Source: Solirubrobacteraceae bacterium (GTDB lineage: Bacteria; Actinomycetota; Thermoleophilia; Solirubrobacterales; Solirubrobacteraceae). From it: 64,000 nt of DNA. The stretch spans positions 9,309-73,308 of the forward strand of contig JADGPK010000009.1 in assembly GCA_017882445.1 (NCBI GenBank), written 5' to 3'. Position numbers and translations under genes: made by a program. Of the stretch, positions 9,569 to 19,991 are shown piece by piece. A model generated the notes under the pieces. The model was not told where the DNA came from, did no database searches, and saw only the letters and a program-made list of their open reading frames with translations. Within the stretch, counting starts at the first letter, position 1. Each line of letters opens with the position of its first letter.

Positions 9569-11668
9569 CTACTGCGGGTCGACGTCGACGCTGAAGCTCA
9601 CGCCGGCGTGCTCGCGCAGGGAAGCAACATGCTGGACGGCATCGCCGACGGCCCGCACGGCGAGACGGCGCTCGGGCGCCTTGACGACGATCACCTGGCG
9701 CTCGCGCCCGCGCAGCCGGAAGAGCGCCGCGGGACCGAGCACGACTGCGCGCTCCGCCGCGCCCACGCCGGTGCCGGTGAGCATCGGCGCGAGCCGCTCG
9801 CGCACGGCGCCAGCGGCGGCGATCGCACGCGCTGACTCCTCGGCGGCGCAGACGACCTTGACCAGGTGCGAGAACGGCGGATAGTTCAGGGCGCGGCGGC
9901 GCTCGAGCTCTCCCTTCAGGAAGCCGTCGCTGTCGTGGCGGGCGGCGTGAACGATCGCGCGTGCGTCAGGGGCGATCGTCTGGACCAGCACGCGGCCGTG
10001 ACCGCCGCGTCCGGCGCGTCCGGCGAGCTGGGCGATCAGCGCGAACGTCCGCTCCTCGGCGCGGAAGTCGGGAAAGCGCAGGGTGGCATCGGCGTCGAGC
10101 ACCACACCGAGGGTCACGTCGGGGAAGTCGTGCCCCTTGGCGACCATCTGCGTCCCGATCAACACGCCGGAGTCGGCCGCTTCGAACCGTCGCAGGAGCG
10201 CCCCCACGCCGTCCTGTTCGCCGTCGGCGGGCGATCGGGACGCACGCTCGGCGGCGGCGGGGGCGCCACCGCCTGCCACGTCGGCGTCGAGGCGGAACAC
10301 GGGGAAGCCGCCGTCGTCGAACACGCTCGCGAGGTCGTGCTGGAGGCGCTCGGTCCCCGCGCCGTGGCGGGCCACCGACGTCGAGGAGCAGTCTCCACAG
10401 CGGGCCGGCGCGGGCTCGCGATAGCCACAGTGATGGCAGGCCACATAGCCGCCGCCGCGGTGCAGCACGAGCGCGACGTCGCAGTGAGGGCAGCTCCAGA
10501 CACGCCCGCAGGAGCGGCAGGAGAGGAAGTTCGACCAGCCGCGGCGGTTGAGCAGCACGATCGCCTTCCCGCGCGCCGCGCGCACCTCGGCCAGGGCCTG
10601 CGCGGTGAGCGGATGCAACCCATGGGCCTCGCCGCGCATGTCGAGCACCTGCACGTGCGGCAGCGGCCGGCGGTCCACACGGGTGGCGAGCACCGAGGCG
10701 GGTACACGGTGGACGGTCTCCGGCCGCGGGGTGGCGCTGCCCAGCAGCAGAACCGCATCGCAACGCGTGGCCCGCTCGGCGGCGACGTCGCGGGCGTCGT
10801 AGCGGGGATCGCCCTCGTGCTTGTAGGAGGCATCGTGCTCCTCGTCCACGACGATCAGGCCGAGATCCCCTATCGGGGCGAACACCGCCGAGCGCGGGCC
10901 CACGCACACCCTGGCCTCGCCCTCGCGCAGCCGGCGCCACTCGGCGTAACGCTCGGCCGGGCGCAGTCGCGAGTGCAGAACGGCGACGGTGTCGCCGAAC
11001 CGTTCGATGAAGCGAGAGACGATCTGCGGGGTGAGCGCGATCTCGGGTACGAGCACGATCGCGCCTCGATCCTGCTCGAGCGCCGCTGCGGCGGCGCGCA
11101 GGTAGACCTCGGTCTTGCCGGACCCGGTGACGCCGTGCAGCAGGCGCCGCTCGCTGCGACGGGCGCGCAGAGCGTCGACGATCGGGGCGAGCACCGCGCT
11201 CTGCTCGGCCGTCAGCCGGGGCGCCTGCGGGCTGCGCGAGCCGACAGCGAGATGACGCGGCCGGGGCACCGCCCGGCGCTTGCGCCCGCTCAGACGCCGC
11301 GCGGCCCCCGGCGGCAGCACAAGTCCGAGCGCGCGGGCGAGCGTCGAGCAGTACTCCGCCGCGATCCACTCCGCCAGCGCGACCAGGTCGGCGGGCACCC
11401 CCGGCTCCAGCGCCCGCAGGGGCGCGAGCAGCTTCTCCTCGGCGACATCGCTGCTATCGACCAGCGCCACAACCACGCCCAGGATCTCCCTGGGCCCGAA
11501 CGGCACGACTAGCATCGAGCCGACCTCGACGCCCTCGCGCAGCTCCGGCGCCAGCCGGTAGTCGAACGGTCCGCGCAGGGCGCGAGCGGTGGTGATCGGC
11601 TGAACCTGGGCGATCGCCGGGGACGCGCTCGGCTCCGACGGACTGGCGATCGGGGCGATGGCTGCCAT
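9569..11668 (-). CDS. priA: Primosomal protein N' (replication restart helicase)
   Basis: GVTGSGKTEVY, DEEHD, SATP, four CxxC (CRSC, CPHC, CHHC, CGDC), GTQMVAKGHDF, QLAGRAGR. Confidence 0.93.
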   Translation of the reverse strand: MAAIAPIASPSEPSASPAIAQVQPITTARALRGPFDYRLAPELREGVEVGSMLVVPFGPREILGVVVALVDSSDVAEEKLLAPLRALEPGVPADLVALAEWIAAEYCSTLARALGLVLPPGAARRLSGRKRRAVPRPRHLAVGSRSPQAPRLTAEQSAVLAPIVDALRARRSERRLLHGVTGSGKTEVYLRAAAAALEQDRGAIVLVPEIALTPQIVSRFIERFGDTVAVLHSRLRPAERYAEWRRLREGEARVCVGPRSAVFAPIGDLGLIVVDEEHDASYKHEGDPRYDARDVAAERATRCDAVLLLGSATPRPETVHRVPASVLATRVDRRPLPHVQVLDMRGEAHGLHPLTAQALAEVRAARGKAIVLLNRRGWSNFLSCRSCGRVWSCPHCDVALVLHRGGGYVACHHCGYREPAPARCGDCSSTSVARHGAGTERLQHDLASVFDDGGFPVFRLDADVAGGGAPAAAERASRSPADGEQDGVGALLRRFEAADSGVLIGTQMVAKGHDFPDVTLGVVLDADATLRFPDFRAEERTFALIAQLAGRAGRGGHGRVLVQTIAPDARAIVHAARHDSDGFLKGELERRRALNYPPFSHLVKVVCAAEESARAIAAAGAVRERLAPMLTGTGVGAAERAVVLGPAALFRLRGRERQVIVVKAPERRLAVRAVGDAVQHVASLREHAGVSFSVDVDPQ

Positions 11669-11694
11669 CGCCCCGACCTTAGAGAGCCTTGCGG

Positions 11695-12912
11695 TCAGAG
11701 CCCGGCGGCGGAGCGCAGAGCTTGAGCCTTGTCTGTCCTCTCCCACGTGAAGTCGTGGTCGTCGCGTCCGAAGTGCCCGTAGGCCGCGGTCTTCTGGTAG
11801 ATCGGGCGGTGCAGTTTGAGCTCCTCCCGGAACGCCCCGGGGCGCAGGTCGAAGTGCTCGTCGACGAGCCGCGCGATCTGGCCGCGGCCGATCTTCTCGG
11901 TGCCGAAGGTCTCGACCATCACCGACACCGGGTGCGCCACGCCGATCGCGTAGGCGACCTGCACCTCGGCTCGGTCGGCGAGACCGGCGGCCACGATGTT
12001 CTTGGCCACCCAGCGCACGGCGTAGGCCGCCGAGCGATCGACCTTGGAGGGGTCCTTGCCCGAGAACGCGCCTCCGCCGTGGCGGGCCATGCCGCCATAT
12101 GTGTCGACGATGATCTTGCGCCCAGTCAGGCCGCAGTCGCCCATCGGGCCACCGATCACGAAGCGTCCGGTGGGATTGACCAGGAAGTTCTTGATGAGCT
12201 TCTTCTCGTCGTACAGATCGGCGGGCAGCACCGGTCGCAGGACGTGCTCCAGCAGGTCGGGCTTGATCAGCGTCTCGGTGTCGATGCCGTCGGCGTGCTG
12301 GGTGGAGATCAGGATCTTTTCGATCTCAACAGGCCGACCGTCCTGATAGCGCACGGTCACCTGGGTCTTGCCGTCAGGACGCAGATACGGGACGACCTCG
12401 CCCTTGCGAACCTCCGAGAGCCGCTTTGCGAGCTTGTGCGCGAGCGAGATCGGGAGCGGCATCAGCTCGTCGGTCTCGTTGGAGGCGTAGCCGAACATCA
12501 TCCCCTGGTCACCGGCTCCCGCGACGTCGAGCTCGTCCTCGTCAGAGGGATCGTGCCGGGTCTCATAGGCGGCGTCGACGCCCTGGGCGATGTCCGGCGA
12601 CTGCTTGTCGATGGCGTTGATCACCGCGCAGGTGTCGCAGTCGAAGCCGTAGGCGGCGTTGTCATAGCCGATCCGACGTACCGTCTCGCGCGCGATTTCC
12701 TGGATGTCGACGTAGGTGTCTGTTGAGATCTCGCCCGATACGACGATCAGGCCGGTGTTGACCAGCGTCTCGCAGGCAACACGGCCATAGGGGTCGTCGC
12801 TCAGAACGGCGTCGAGCACCCCGTCGGAGATCTGGTCGGCGATCTTGTCGGGGTGTCCCTCCGTGACGGACTCGGAGGTGAACAGGAACTCGTTGTCGGA
12901 AAGCTCAGTCAT
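11695..12912 (-). CDS. metK: S-adenosylmethionine synthetase
   Basis: [37 protein letters not shown]. Confidence 0.98.
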   Translation of the reverse strand: MTELSDNEFLFTSESVTEGHPDKIADQISDGVLDAVLSDDPYGRVACETLVNTGLIVVSGEISTDTYVDIQEIARETVRRIGYDNAAYGFDCDTCAVINAIDKQSPDIAQGVDAAYETRHDPSDEDELDVAGAGDQGMMFGYASNETDELMPLPISLAHKLAKRLSEVRKGEVVPYLRPDGKTQVTVRYQDGRPVEIEKILISTQHADGIDTETLIKPDLLEHVLRPVLPADLYDEKKLIKNFLVNPTGRFVIGGPMGDCGLTGRKIIVDTYGGMARHGGGAFSGKDPSKVDRSAAYAVRWVAKNIVAAGLADRAEVQVAYAIGVAHPVSVMVETFGTEKIGRGQIARLVDEHFDLRPGAFREELKLHRPIYQKTAAYGHFGRDDHDFTWERTDKAQALRSAAGL

Positions 12913-13000
12913 GTCTTTGAGGAATCACTCCAGGAGGTCACGGGGCGGGCTTTGAGAACTGCGATGCCCGGCGGGGTTGGCAAAGAAAACTCGCAGAAGT

Positions 13001-14353
13001 CTATGCGGCTCGGGCTCCTCCGCGCTGTCCGCGCTCGACGAAGTCGATGATCAGGGGCACGCCGTCGAGCGCGTAGCGCGCCCGCAGGCGGTTCTCGATG
13101 AAATAGGCGTAGTCGCGCGTGACACGCGTGCGCGAGTTGACCTGGATCGCGAAGCGCGGCGGGCGCTCGCCGATCTGGGCCATGTAGATGAGCTTCAGAC
13201 GGTGTCCGCTGCTGCCCCGGCGGGTGCCGATCGGCGGCTGACGCGCCTGCACGGCCTCCGAGAGGAAGCGGTTGAGCTCAGGCGTCGGTATCCGGCCTGC
13301 CATGCGATCGCCGAGCGCGATCGCCTCGGTCAGCAGGCGGGCCACGTGGCGGCCCGTCTTGGCGCTCGCCGTCAGCACGCGCGGGCGCAGGCGCAGCTTG
13401 CCGGCGACCCGGCCGCGCTCGTGCTCCAGGTCGACGCCGACGGCGGTTGAGTCCTCGCCGCGTTCTTGCATATCCCACTTGTTCAGCACGATCGCGGTCG
13501 CGCACCCGGCCTTCATCGCCAGCTCAGCGATGCGCAGATCCTGAGAGGTGACACCGTCCGCGGCGTCGCAGACGACCAGCGCGACGTCTGCACGCTCGGC
13601 CGCGCGCTGCGAGCGCAGCGCGGTGTAGTACTCGACCGAGTCCGCCACCTTGGACTGGCGGCGCATGCCGGCGGTGTCCACCAGGATCAGCTTGCGATCG
13701 CCGATGAGCAGCGGCATGTCGATCGCATCGCGCGTCGTGCCCGCGACGTCCGAGACGATCACGCGCTCTTCGCCGAGGAAGCGGTTCACGAGCGAGGACT
13801 TGCCCACGTTGGGCCTGCCGATGACCGCGAGCCGCACCGTGTCGTCCTCAGGCTCCCTGTCTCCGGCGGGCAGCAGCTCGACGATACGGTCGAGCAGGTC
13901 GCCCGAGCCGAGGCCCTGCGCCGCGGACACCGCCAGCGGCTCGCCCAGCCCGAGGCGGTGGAAATCGGCGGCCAGCGGCAGCTCGGTGACGCTGTCGCAC
14001 TTATTCGCCGCGACGATCGTCGGCAGCGGGGCGCGGCGCAGCAGATCGGCCATCTCCTGATCTCCCGGCCGCACGCCGGCGCGCGCGTCGACGACGAGCA
14101 CCGCCACCTGGGCGTCCGCCAGCCCGGCGCGCGCCTGGTCGCGGATCGAGCCGGCGAGCGGATCCTCGTCCTCGAAGTCCATGCCTCCGGTGTCGATCAG
14201 CGTGAAGCGGCGCCCGTTCCACTCGCAGTCGAGCTCCTTGCGGTCGCGCGTGATCCCTGGGCGCTCGTGCACGACCGCCTCGCGGGTGCCCGTGAGGCGG
14301 TTGATCAGCGAGGACTTCCCCACGTTCGGATAGCCGACGACGGCGACCTTCAT
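13001..14353 (-). CDS. der: Ribosome biogenesis GTPase Der (EngA)
   Basis: Two tandem G domains ([32 protein letters not shown]); ATG at 14353. Confidence 0.96.
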   Translation of the reverse strand: MKVAVVGYPNVGKSSLINRLTGTREAVVHERPGITRDRKELDCEWNGRRFTLIDTGGMDFEDEDPLAGSIRDQARAGLADAQVAVLVVDARAGVRPGDQEMADLLRRAPLPTIVAANKCDSVTELPLAADFHRLGLGEPLAVSAAQGLGSGDLLDRIVELLPAGDREPEDDTVRLAVIGRPNVGKSSLVNRFLGEERVIVSDVAGTTRDAIDMPLLIGDRKLILVDTAGMRRQSKVADSVEYYTALRSQRAAERADVALVVCDAADGVTSQDLRIAELAMKAGCATAIVLNKWDMQERGEDSTAVGVDLEHERGRVAGKLRLRPRVLTASAKTGRHVARLLTEAIALGDRMAGRIPTPELNRFLSEAVQARQPPIGTRRGSSGHRLKLIYMAQIGERPPRFAIQVNSRTRVTRDYAYFIENRLRARYALDGVPLIIDFVERGQRGGARAA

Positions 14354-14390
14354 CAGGCCAGTATGACCACGCCCTGCGCCTTTGCCGGCC

Positions 14391-15032
14391 TCAGGCGGAC
14401 GGAGCGGCCGCGCGGGCGAGCGTGGCGATGCGCTCCACGACCTCATCCACGCCCAGCCCGGTCGTGTCGAGCGTCACCGCCCCGCCGGCCGCTCGCAGGG
14501 GGCTGTGAGCGCGAGCGCTGTCGCGCTCGTCGCGCATCGCCTGCTCGGCGAGCACGGTGTCCACGTCCGCGCCCAGCTCGGCGGCCCGCCGCCGAGCGCG
14601 CTCGCGCGCGTCGGCCGTGAGAAAGACCTTCAGAGCCGCCTGGGGCGCGACGACCGTGCCAATGTCGCGCCCCTCGGCCACCCAGTCGCCACCGGAGATC
14701 AGCTCCCGCTGCTTGGCCACCAGGGCCTCGCGGACGGCGGGGTCGGCTGCGACGACAGATGCCGCCTCGGAGACCTCGGGCGTGCGGATCTCCTCGCTGA
14801 CGTCGCGTCCGTCGAGCAGCACCGGGCCAGACCCGTCGGCCCCGCCTCCCAGATCGATCGCCGCTGCGCGCGCCAGCTCGCCCGGCTGGCGGCCGGGCGC
14901 GGCGAGCGAGAGCAGCGCGACGCAGCGGTACATGGCGCCGCTGTCCAGGTAGGTGAAGCCGAGGCGGCGCGCCAGCCGGCGGGCGACCGTCGACTTGCCG
15001 GCGCCGGCGGGACCGTCGATCGCTACGAGCAA
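14391..15032 (-). CDS. cmk: Cytidylate kinase
   Basis: [30 protein letters not shown]. Confidence 0.95.
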   Translation of the reverse strand: MLVAIDGPAGAGKSTVARRLARRLGFTYLDSGAMYRCVALLSLAAPGRQPGELARAAAIDLGGGADGSGPVLLDGRDVSEEIRTPEVSEAASVVAADPAVREALVAKQRELISGGDWVAEGRDIGTVVAPQAALKVFLTADARERARRRAAELGADVDTVLAEQAMRDERDSARAHSPLRAAGGAVTLDTTGLGVDEVVERIATLARAAAPSA

Positions 15033-16318
15033 AGTCCGGCCAGGTCCGCGACGAAGGAGGGGTAGGACACGGCGGCGGCATCCATCCCGAGCACCTCCAC
15101 GCCCTCGCGCGAGGCGAGACCGGCCACCGCCCCCATCATCGCCAGGCGATGGTCGCCGCGGGAGTCCAACGTCCCGCCGCGCAGCCCGCCGCTGCCGCGG
15201 ACGGCGAAACCGTCCGGTGTGGCCTCGATGTCGCCACCGAGCCCGCGCAGACCCTCCACGACCCCGGCGATGCGGTCGGACTCCTTCACACGCAGCTCCT
15301 GCGCGCCGTGCACGACCGTCTCCCCCTCGGCGAAGCAGCCGAGCAGCGCCACGAGCGGTAGCTCGTCGATCGCGAGCGGCACCTCCTCGGCCTCGACCAC
15401 GGTGCCCTCGAGCGCGCCGTGGGCGACGTCGAGGTCGCTGACGGGCTCCTCTCCGACCAGCTCGCCGGTCTCGTCCTCGAGGTCGCCGAGCACGATGCCC
15501 TGCATGCGGCGCAAGATGCGCAAGAAGCCGGTGCGGGTCCAGTTGACGCCGACGTCGCCGATCAACAGACGCGAGCCGGGCACGAGCACGCCGGCGGTGA
15601 CGAGGAACGCCGCGGAGCTCGCGTCGCCGGGGATCCTGATGGGCTCGAGCAGCAGCTCGTCGACGTTGACGACCGTGACGTGACGCCCGTTGCGATGGAT
15701 GGCCACGCCGGCGCGCAGGAGCATCCGCTCGGTGTGGTCGCGGCTGCGGGCGGGCTCGCCGACCGTGGTCGCGCCGTCGGCCGCGAGCGCGGCCAGCAGG
15801 ACGCAGGACTTGACCTGCGCGCTCGGGACATCGAGCTCGTAGGAGATTGCGCGCAGGCGCGCGCCGCGCACCTCCAGCGGCGGGAAGCGTCCCTCGCGCG
15901 CCGTCAGCTCTGCGCCCATCTGGCGCAGCGGCTTGGCGATGCGGTCGACCGGACGACGCCGGATCGACTCGTCGCCGTGGAGCGTGAACGAGCGCCCCTG
16001 CTGGGCGGCCAGCCAGCCCGGCAGCAGCCGCATCAGCGTGCCGGCGTTGCCCACGTCGATCGGCCCGTCCGGCTCACGCGCCTCGCGCAGGCCGGCGCCG
16101 CGCACGACGACCCCCTCGCCGTTGATCTCGACCAGGGCGCCGAGCGCCTGCACCGCATGGAGCGTGGAGGTCGTGTCGGCGGCCTGCAGGTAGCGCTCGA
16201 TGCGGACCGGCTCGGATGCCATGGCCCCGAGCAGCGCGGCGCGGTGTGAGATCGACTTGTCGGCCGGCGCGTCCAGTTCGCCGGACAGCGCGCGTGCAGG
16301 CTCGAAGCGCATGTTCAT
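15023..16318 (-). CDS. aroA: 3-phosphoshikimate 1-carboxyvinyltransferase (EPSP synthase, class II-like)
   Basis: DKSISHRA, GNAGTLMRL, SAQVKS, RDHTERML, RVKESDR, DHRLAM. Confidence 0.96.
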   Translation of the reverse strand: MNMRFEPARALSGELDAPADKSISHRAALLGAMASEPVRIERYLQAADTTSTLHAVQALGALVEINGEGVVVRGAGLREAREPDGPIDVGNAGTLMRLLPGWLAAQQGRSFTLHGDESIRRRPVDRIAKPLRQMGAELTAREGRFPPLEVRGARLRAISYELDVPSAQVKSCVLLAALAADGATTVGEPARSRDHTERMLLRAGVAIHRNGRHVTVVNVDELLLEPIRIPGDASSAAFLVTAGVLVPGSRLLIGDVGVNWTRTGFLRILRRMQGIVLGDLEDETGELVGEEPVSDLDVAHGALEGTVVEAEEVPLAIDELPLVALLGCFAEGETVVHGAQELRVKESDRIAGVVEGLRGLGGDIEATPDGFAVRGSGGLRGGTLDSRGDHRLAMMGAVAGLASREGVEVLGMDAAAVSYPSFVADLAGLCS

Positions 16319-16379
16319 CGGATCCCTCTCATTCGCACCGCCTCCGTATCCCTCCTGCTCGCGCTGCCTGGTGTGCCCC

Positions 16380-17456
16380 TCATGCTTGCACGACCGGGAA
16401 CCCCAGCTCCGCGATCAGCTCTCCGGCGCGCCCCGCGTGCTCGTCTCCGCGGATCCACAGCGCGACGACTCCCTGGCGGTTGTCCTCCGAAGGCGACAGG
16501 GCCATGTCGACGATGTTCACGCCCGCGCGACCGAGCGCGAGGGCGATCTCGGCTATCACGCCGGGACTGTTGGGCACCGAGACTCGCAGCTCGTGCACCG
16601 GTCCCCCGGCCAGGCCGGCGCCGAGCAGGGCCTCGCGGTCGGCGCGGGCCCGCTCGTTCCAGTCGGTGACCGCGGGCGCCGTCCCCGCCTCGAGCCAGGC
16701 GCGAACCTCCTTGAGGCTCGCTGCGAACTCGTCGATTCCGGCGATCAGGGCATCGCGGTTGGACAGGTAGATGTCGGTCCATATGGCGCTGTTGGCACCC
16801 GCCACGCGGGTGGCGTCGCGGAAGCTCGGTCCGACCGCGGGCACGCGCGGCGACTCCTCGCCGCCGAGCAGGTTGGCGGCCTGTGTGACGAGCAGGTTGG
16901 CCAGGACGTGCGGCAGGTGCGACACGCAGGCCATCAAGCGGTCGTGCGTGTCGGGGTCGATGGCGGTCGGGCGGGCGCCGAAGCTCACGAGCAGCCGGTG
17001 CAGGCGCTCGTAGAGCACCCCGGCGGTGCTGCCTTTGGCGGGGGCGAGGTACCAGACGGCGCCATCGAAGAGGTCCTCGCGCGCGTGCTCCACCCCCGCG
17101 GTCTCGGCGCCGGCGAGCGGATGCCCGCCCACGAACCGCTCATCGGCGCCCGCATCGGCGAGCAGGCGCTTGGTCGAGCCGACATCGCTGACCACGCAGT
17201 CCGGGCCGGCGTCCGCGAGGGCCAGGCGAACGGTCTCTGACAGGGCGCTCACGGGCGCTGCCACGAACACGACATCGGCGCCGGCCACCGCCTGAGAGAC
17301 GTCGGCGGCCGCCGTGTCGATCGCTCCCAGCGCGAGCGCCCTGGCGAGCACGCGCTCGTCGGGGTCATAGCCGCTCACCCGCGCGTCCGCCCGCCCGCGC
17401 GACGCCAGGCCGATCGAGCCGCCGATCAGCCCGACGCCGAGCACGGCGACATTCAA
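16380..17456 (-). CDS. tyrA: Prephenate dehydrogenase with C-terminal ACT domain
   Basis: GVGLIGGS, DVGSTK, GGHPLAG, SHLPH, FRDATRVA; C-terminal VPNSPGVIA...GVNI ACT motif. Confidence 0.92.
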   Translation of the reverse strand: MNVAVLGVGLIGGSIGLASRGRADARVSGYDPDERVLARALALGAIDTAAADVSQAVAGADVVFVAAPVSALSETVRLALADAGPDCVVSDVGSTKRLLADAGADERFVGGHPLAGAETAGVEHAREDLFDGAVWYLAPAKGSTAGVLYERLHRLLVSFGARPTAIDPDTHDRLMACVSHLPHVLANLLVTQAANLLGGEESPRVPAVGPSFRDATRVAGANSAIWTDIYLSNRDALIAGIDEFAASLKEVRAWLEAGTAPAVTDWNERARADREALLGAGLAGGPVHELRVSVPNSPGVIAEIALALGRAGVNIVDMALSPSEDNRQGVVALWIRGDEHAGRAGELIAELGFPVVQA

Positions 17457-17481
17457 GGAGCGTGCTCCGCAGCGCGATCCA

Positions 17482-18516
17482 TCAGGCGGCGCTGAGCGCC
17501 TTGCCCGCCAAAGCCGCAGCCTGCTCGACCGCGGTTACGTAGTCGGCGAAGTCCTCGGCCCTCAGAGCCTGCGGTCCGTCGCAGATCGCCTCATCGGGGT
17601 TGGGGTGAACCTCGACGATGATGCCGTCTGCACCGACCGCCGCGGCGGCAAGCGACAGCGGCAGGACCAGGTCGCGCCGTCCGGCGGCGTGACTCGGGTC
17701 GACGATCACCGGCAGGTGGGAGAGCTCCTTGAGCACGGGAACGGCCATCAGGTCGAGCGTGAACCGGTAGGCGGTCTCGAACGTGCGGATGCCTCGCTCG
17801 CACAGGATCACGTTGGGGTTGCCTTCCTTGAGGATGTACTCCGCCGCCATCAGCAGCTCGTCGAGCGTGGAGGACAGCCCGCGCTTGAGCAGAGCCGGAC
17901 GTCCGGAGCGTCCGATCTCGGCGAGCAGGGGGTAGTTCTGCATGTTGCGAGCGCCGATCTGCACCACGTCGGCGACCTCCAGCACGGCGTCGATGTCGCG
18001 CATGTCCATGAGCTCGGTGACTATCGGCAGACCCGTCTCGGCCTTGGCCTCGGCGAGCAGTCGCAGGCCCTCCTGGCCGAGGCCCTGGAAGGCGTACGGT
18101 GAGGTGCGCGGCTTGTAGGCGCCGCCGCGCAGCAGCGTCGCTCCCGCGTCACGCACCACGCGGGCCGTCTCCAGCGTCTGGTCGCGCGACTCGACCGTGC
18201 ACGGTCCGGCGATGAGAGCGAAGTTCTCTCCCCCCACCTTGCGACCGTCGATGTCGAGCACCGTGCGCTCGCCATGCGTTATCTGCGCGGATGCGAGCTT
18301 GTAGGGCTTGAGGATCGGCACGACCCGGTCGACCCCGGGCTGGCCCTCCAGGCCGAGGCTGGAGATGTTCGCGTCCTGCTCGACGTCGCCGATCGCCCCG
18401 ATCACGGTGACGCGCGCGCCCGTGCTGGGATGGGCCCGCGCGCCGGCGCGCTCGATCTTGGCGACGACCGCCTCCACCTCCTCCTTGGTGGCTGTCTCTT
18501 TCATAACGATCATCAT
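17482..18516 (-). CDS. aroF: DAHP synthase, type I-beta, with N-terminal regulatory domain
   Basis: [54 protein letters not shown] upstream. Confidence 0.95.
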   Translation of the reverse strand: MMIVMKETATKEEVEAVVAKIERAGARAHPSTGARVTVIGAIGDVEQDANISSLGLEGQPGVDRVVPILKPYKLASAQITHGERTVLDIDGRKVGGENFALIAGPCTVESRDQTLETARVVRDAGATLLRGGAYKPRTSPYAFQGLGQEGLRLLAEAKAETGLPIVTELMDMRDIDAVLEVADVVQIGARNMQNYPLLAEIGRSGRPALLKRGLSSTLDELLMAAEYILKEGNPNVILCERGIRTFETAYRFTLDLMAVPVLKELSHLPVIVDPSHAAGRRDLVLPLSLAAAAVGADGIIVEVHPNPDEAICDGPQALRAEDFADYVTAVEQAAALAGKALSAA

Positions 18517-18612
18517 CTGCTCATCCTTTCACTGACTCCTGGCATGTTAGAGATGCTGGCTTTCCACCAGACGGTGGGTCGTGAGGAGAGCGCTGTGGGC
18601 GCCCGGATGGGT

Positions 18613-18688
18613 GGCGCTCGGCCCCCAACCGCGGGGACCCGGTGCGACCGTCGGCACCCGCTCACGCGCGGGTGGAGGCCGAAGCGCC
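18613..18688 (-). promoter_or_regulatory. Multi-stem RNA structure (putative attenuator) in the aroF leader
   Basis: On the minus strand ggcgcttcggcctcca pairs with tgggggccgagcgcc, enclosing two overlapping inner hairpins (acccgc/gcgggt and ggtgc/gcacc). Confidence 0.5.
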
Positions 18689-18777
18689 TAGCTAAATCGC
18701 CAGGAGCAGGAGGACGATGAGTCGGCAGACGCGACGAGGCTGCTAATCGATGCGGGAGCCGGTGTGTGCATGGTCAT
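18688..18777 (-). CDS. Putative leader peptide (29 aa, MTMHTPAPASISSLVASADSSSSCSWRFS) upstream of aroF
   Basis: Short ORF ending in W-R-F-S-stop in the hisC-aroF intergenic region, immediately followed by a large stem-loop. Confidence 0.55.
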   Translation of the reverse strand: MTMHTPAPASISSLVASADSSSSCSWRFS

Positions 18778-18886
18778 CCTGCAACCTTTGTAGCAGAGAT
18801 TCGACGCGCGGTCCAGCGGTGCGAGACGGTTGCGCTCCCCTCTCCAGACGCTGGGCCTCGCGCCGAACCTCCCCGCGTGAGCTTGC

Positions 18887-19987
18887 TCAGCGCGTGGGGG
18901 CGGGTGCGAGCAGCTCGGCGAGCGCGTCGAGGAAGCGCCTGTTCTCCTCGGGCAGACCGTAGGTGACACGCAGAGCCGGCGTGTCGCTGCCGAGCGCGCC
19001 GCCGGCGCGCACGAGCACGCCCCGCTCCTGCAGGCCGCGCATGATCTCGGCCTCGTCGCGGTCCTCCCCGAGGTGTATCCAGCAGAAGTTCGCCTGGGAC
19101 TCCGCCGACTCGACTCCCACGGCGCGCAGCCGCTCATCCACCGAGATACGCTCGGCGACGGTCCGAGTCACGCGTTCGATGACCGCGTCCTGATGGGCCA
19201 ACGACTCGAACGCCGCGGCCTGGGCGAGCGCGTTGCAGAAGAAGGGCTGACGGACCTGATCGAACGCGCGCGGCAGCTCCTCCGAGCCGCACAGCGCGAA
19301 GCCGACCCGCAGCCCACAGAGGCCGTGAACCTTGGAGAAGGTCCGCAGCAGCACGAGGTTGGGACGAGCGTCGAGCAACGCGATCGATGCGTCGGGATCC
19401 TCGAGCAGGTTGAACTCGCAGTAGGCCTCATCGACGATCACGCACACGTGCGCCGGCACCTCGGCGACGAAGGCGGCGATGTCCGCGAGCGGTATCGCGG
19501 TGCTCGTGGGGTTGTTGGGATTGCATACGAGCACGAGCCTGGTGGCGACGGTGATCTCGCGCAGCATCGCCTCCAGGTCGTGGCGCTCGGAGCCGTCCAG
19601 CGCCACCGTGACAGCCCGCGCGCCGGAGGCGGCCGCCAGGTGGGGATACACCGAGAAGGACGGCCATGCGTATACGAGCTCGGCTCCCGGCTCCAAGAGC
19701 GCCTCTCCGGCCGCCAGCAGGATGTCGCACGAGCCGTTGCCGACGGCGATGCGCGAGCTCGGCACCCCGTAGCGCTCGCTCAGGCGCCGGCGCAGCAGCG
19801 AGCTGGACGGGTCAGGGTAGCGGTTGAGCGTAGAGAGGGCTCCGAGGATCGCCTCGCGCACCTCCTGGAGCGGAGGGTATGGCGACTCGTTGCTGGCCAG
19901 GCGCACCAACGGCGCGTCCTGGGCGTAGCCGCCGGCGACGGGATAGGAAGGGATGCGCCGGATGCGTTGGGAGAACTCGATCGTCAT
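18887..19987 (-). CDS. hisC: Histidinol-phosphate / aromatic aminotransferase (PLP, class II)
   Basis: LASNESP, NRYPD, CNPNNPT, VDEAY, RTFSKVHGLCGLRVG. Confidence 0.9.
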   Translation of the reverse strand: MTIEFSQRIRRIPSYPVAGGYAQDAPLVRLASNESPYPPLQEVREAILGALSTLNRYPDPSSSLLRRRLSERYGVPSSRIAVGNGSCDILLAAGEALLEPGAELVYAWPSFSVYPHLAAASGARAVTVALDGSERHDLEAMLREITVATRLVLVCNPNNPTSTAIPLADIAAFVAEVPAHVCVIVDEAYCEFNLLEDPDASIALLDARPNLVLLRTFSKVHGLCGLRVGFALCGSEELPRAFDQVRQPFFCNALAQAAAFESLAHQDAVIERVTRTVAERISVDERLRAVGVESAESQANFCWIHLGEDRDEAEIMRGLQERGVLVRAGGALGSDTPALRVTYGLPEENRRFLDALAELLAPAPTR

Positions 19988-19991
19988 GGGT

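Noticed and set aside
18555..18580. T-box in the aroF leader (ctggtggaaagccagc)
   Set aside because: Lacks the GGTGGNACC consensus, and no stem I / specifier loop is recognisable.
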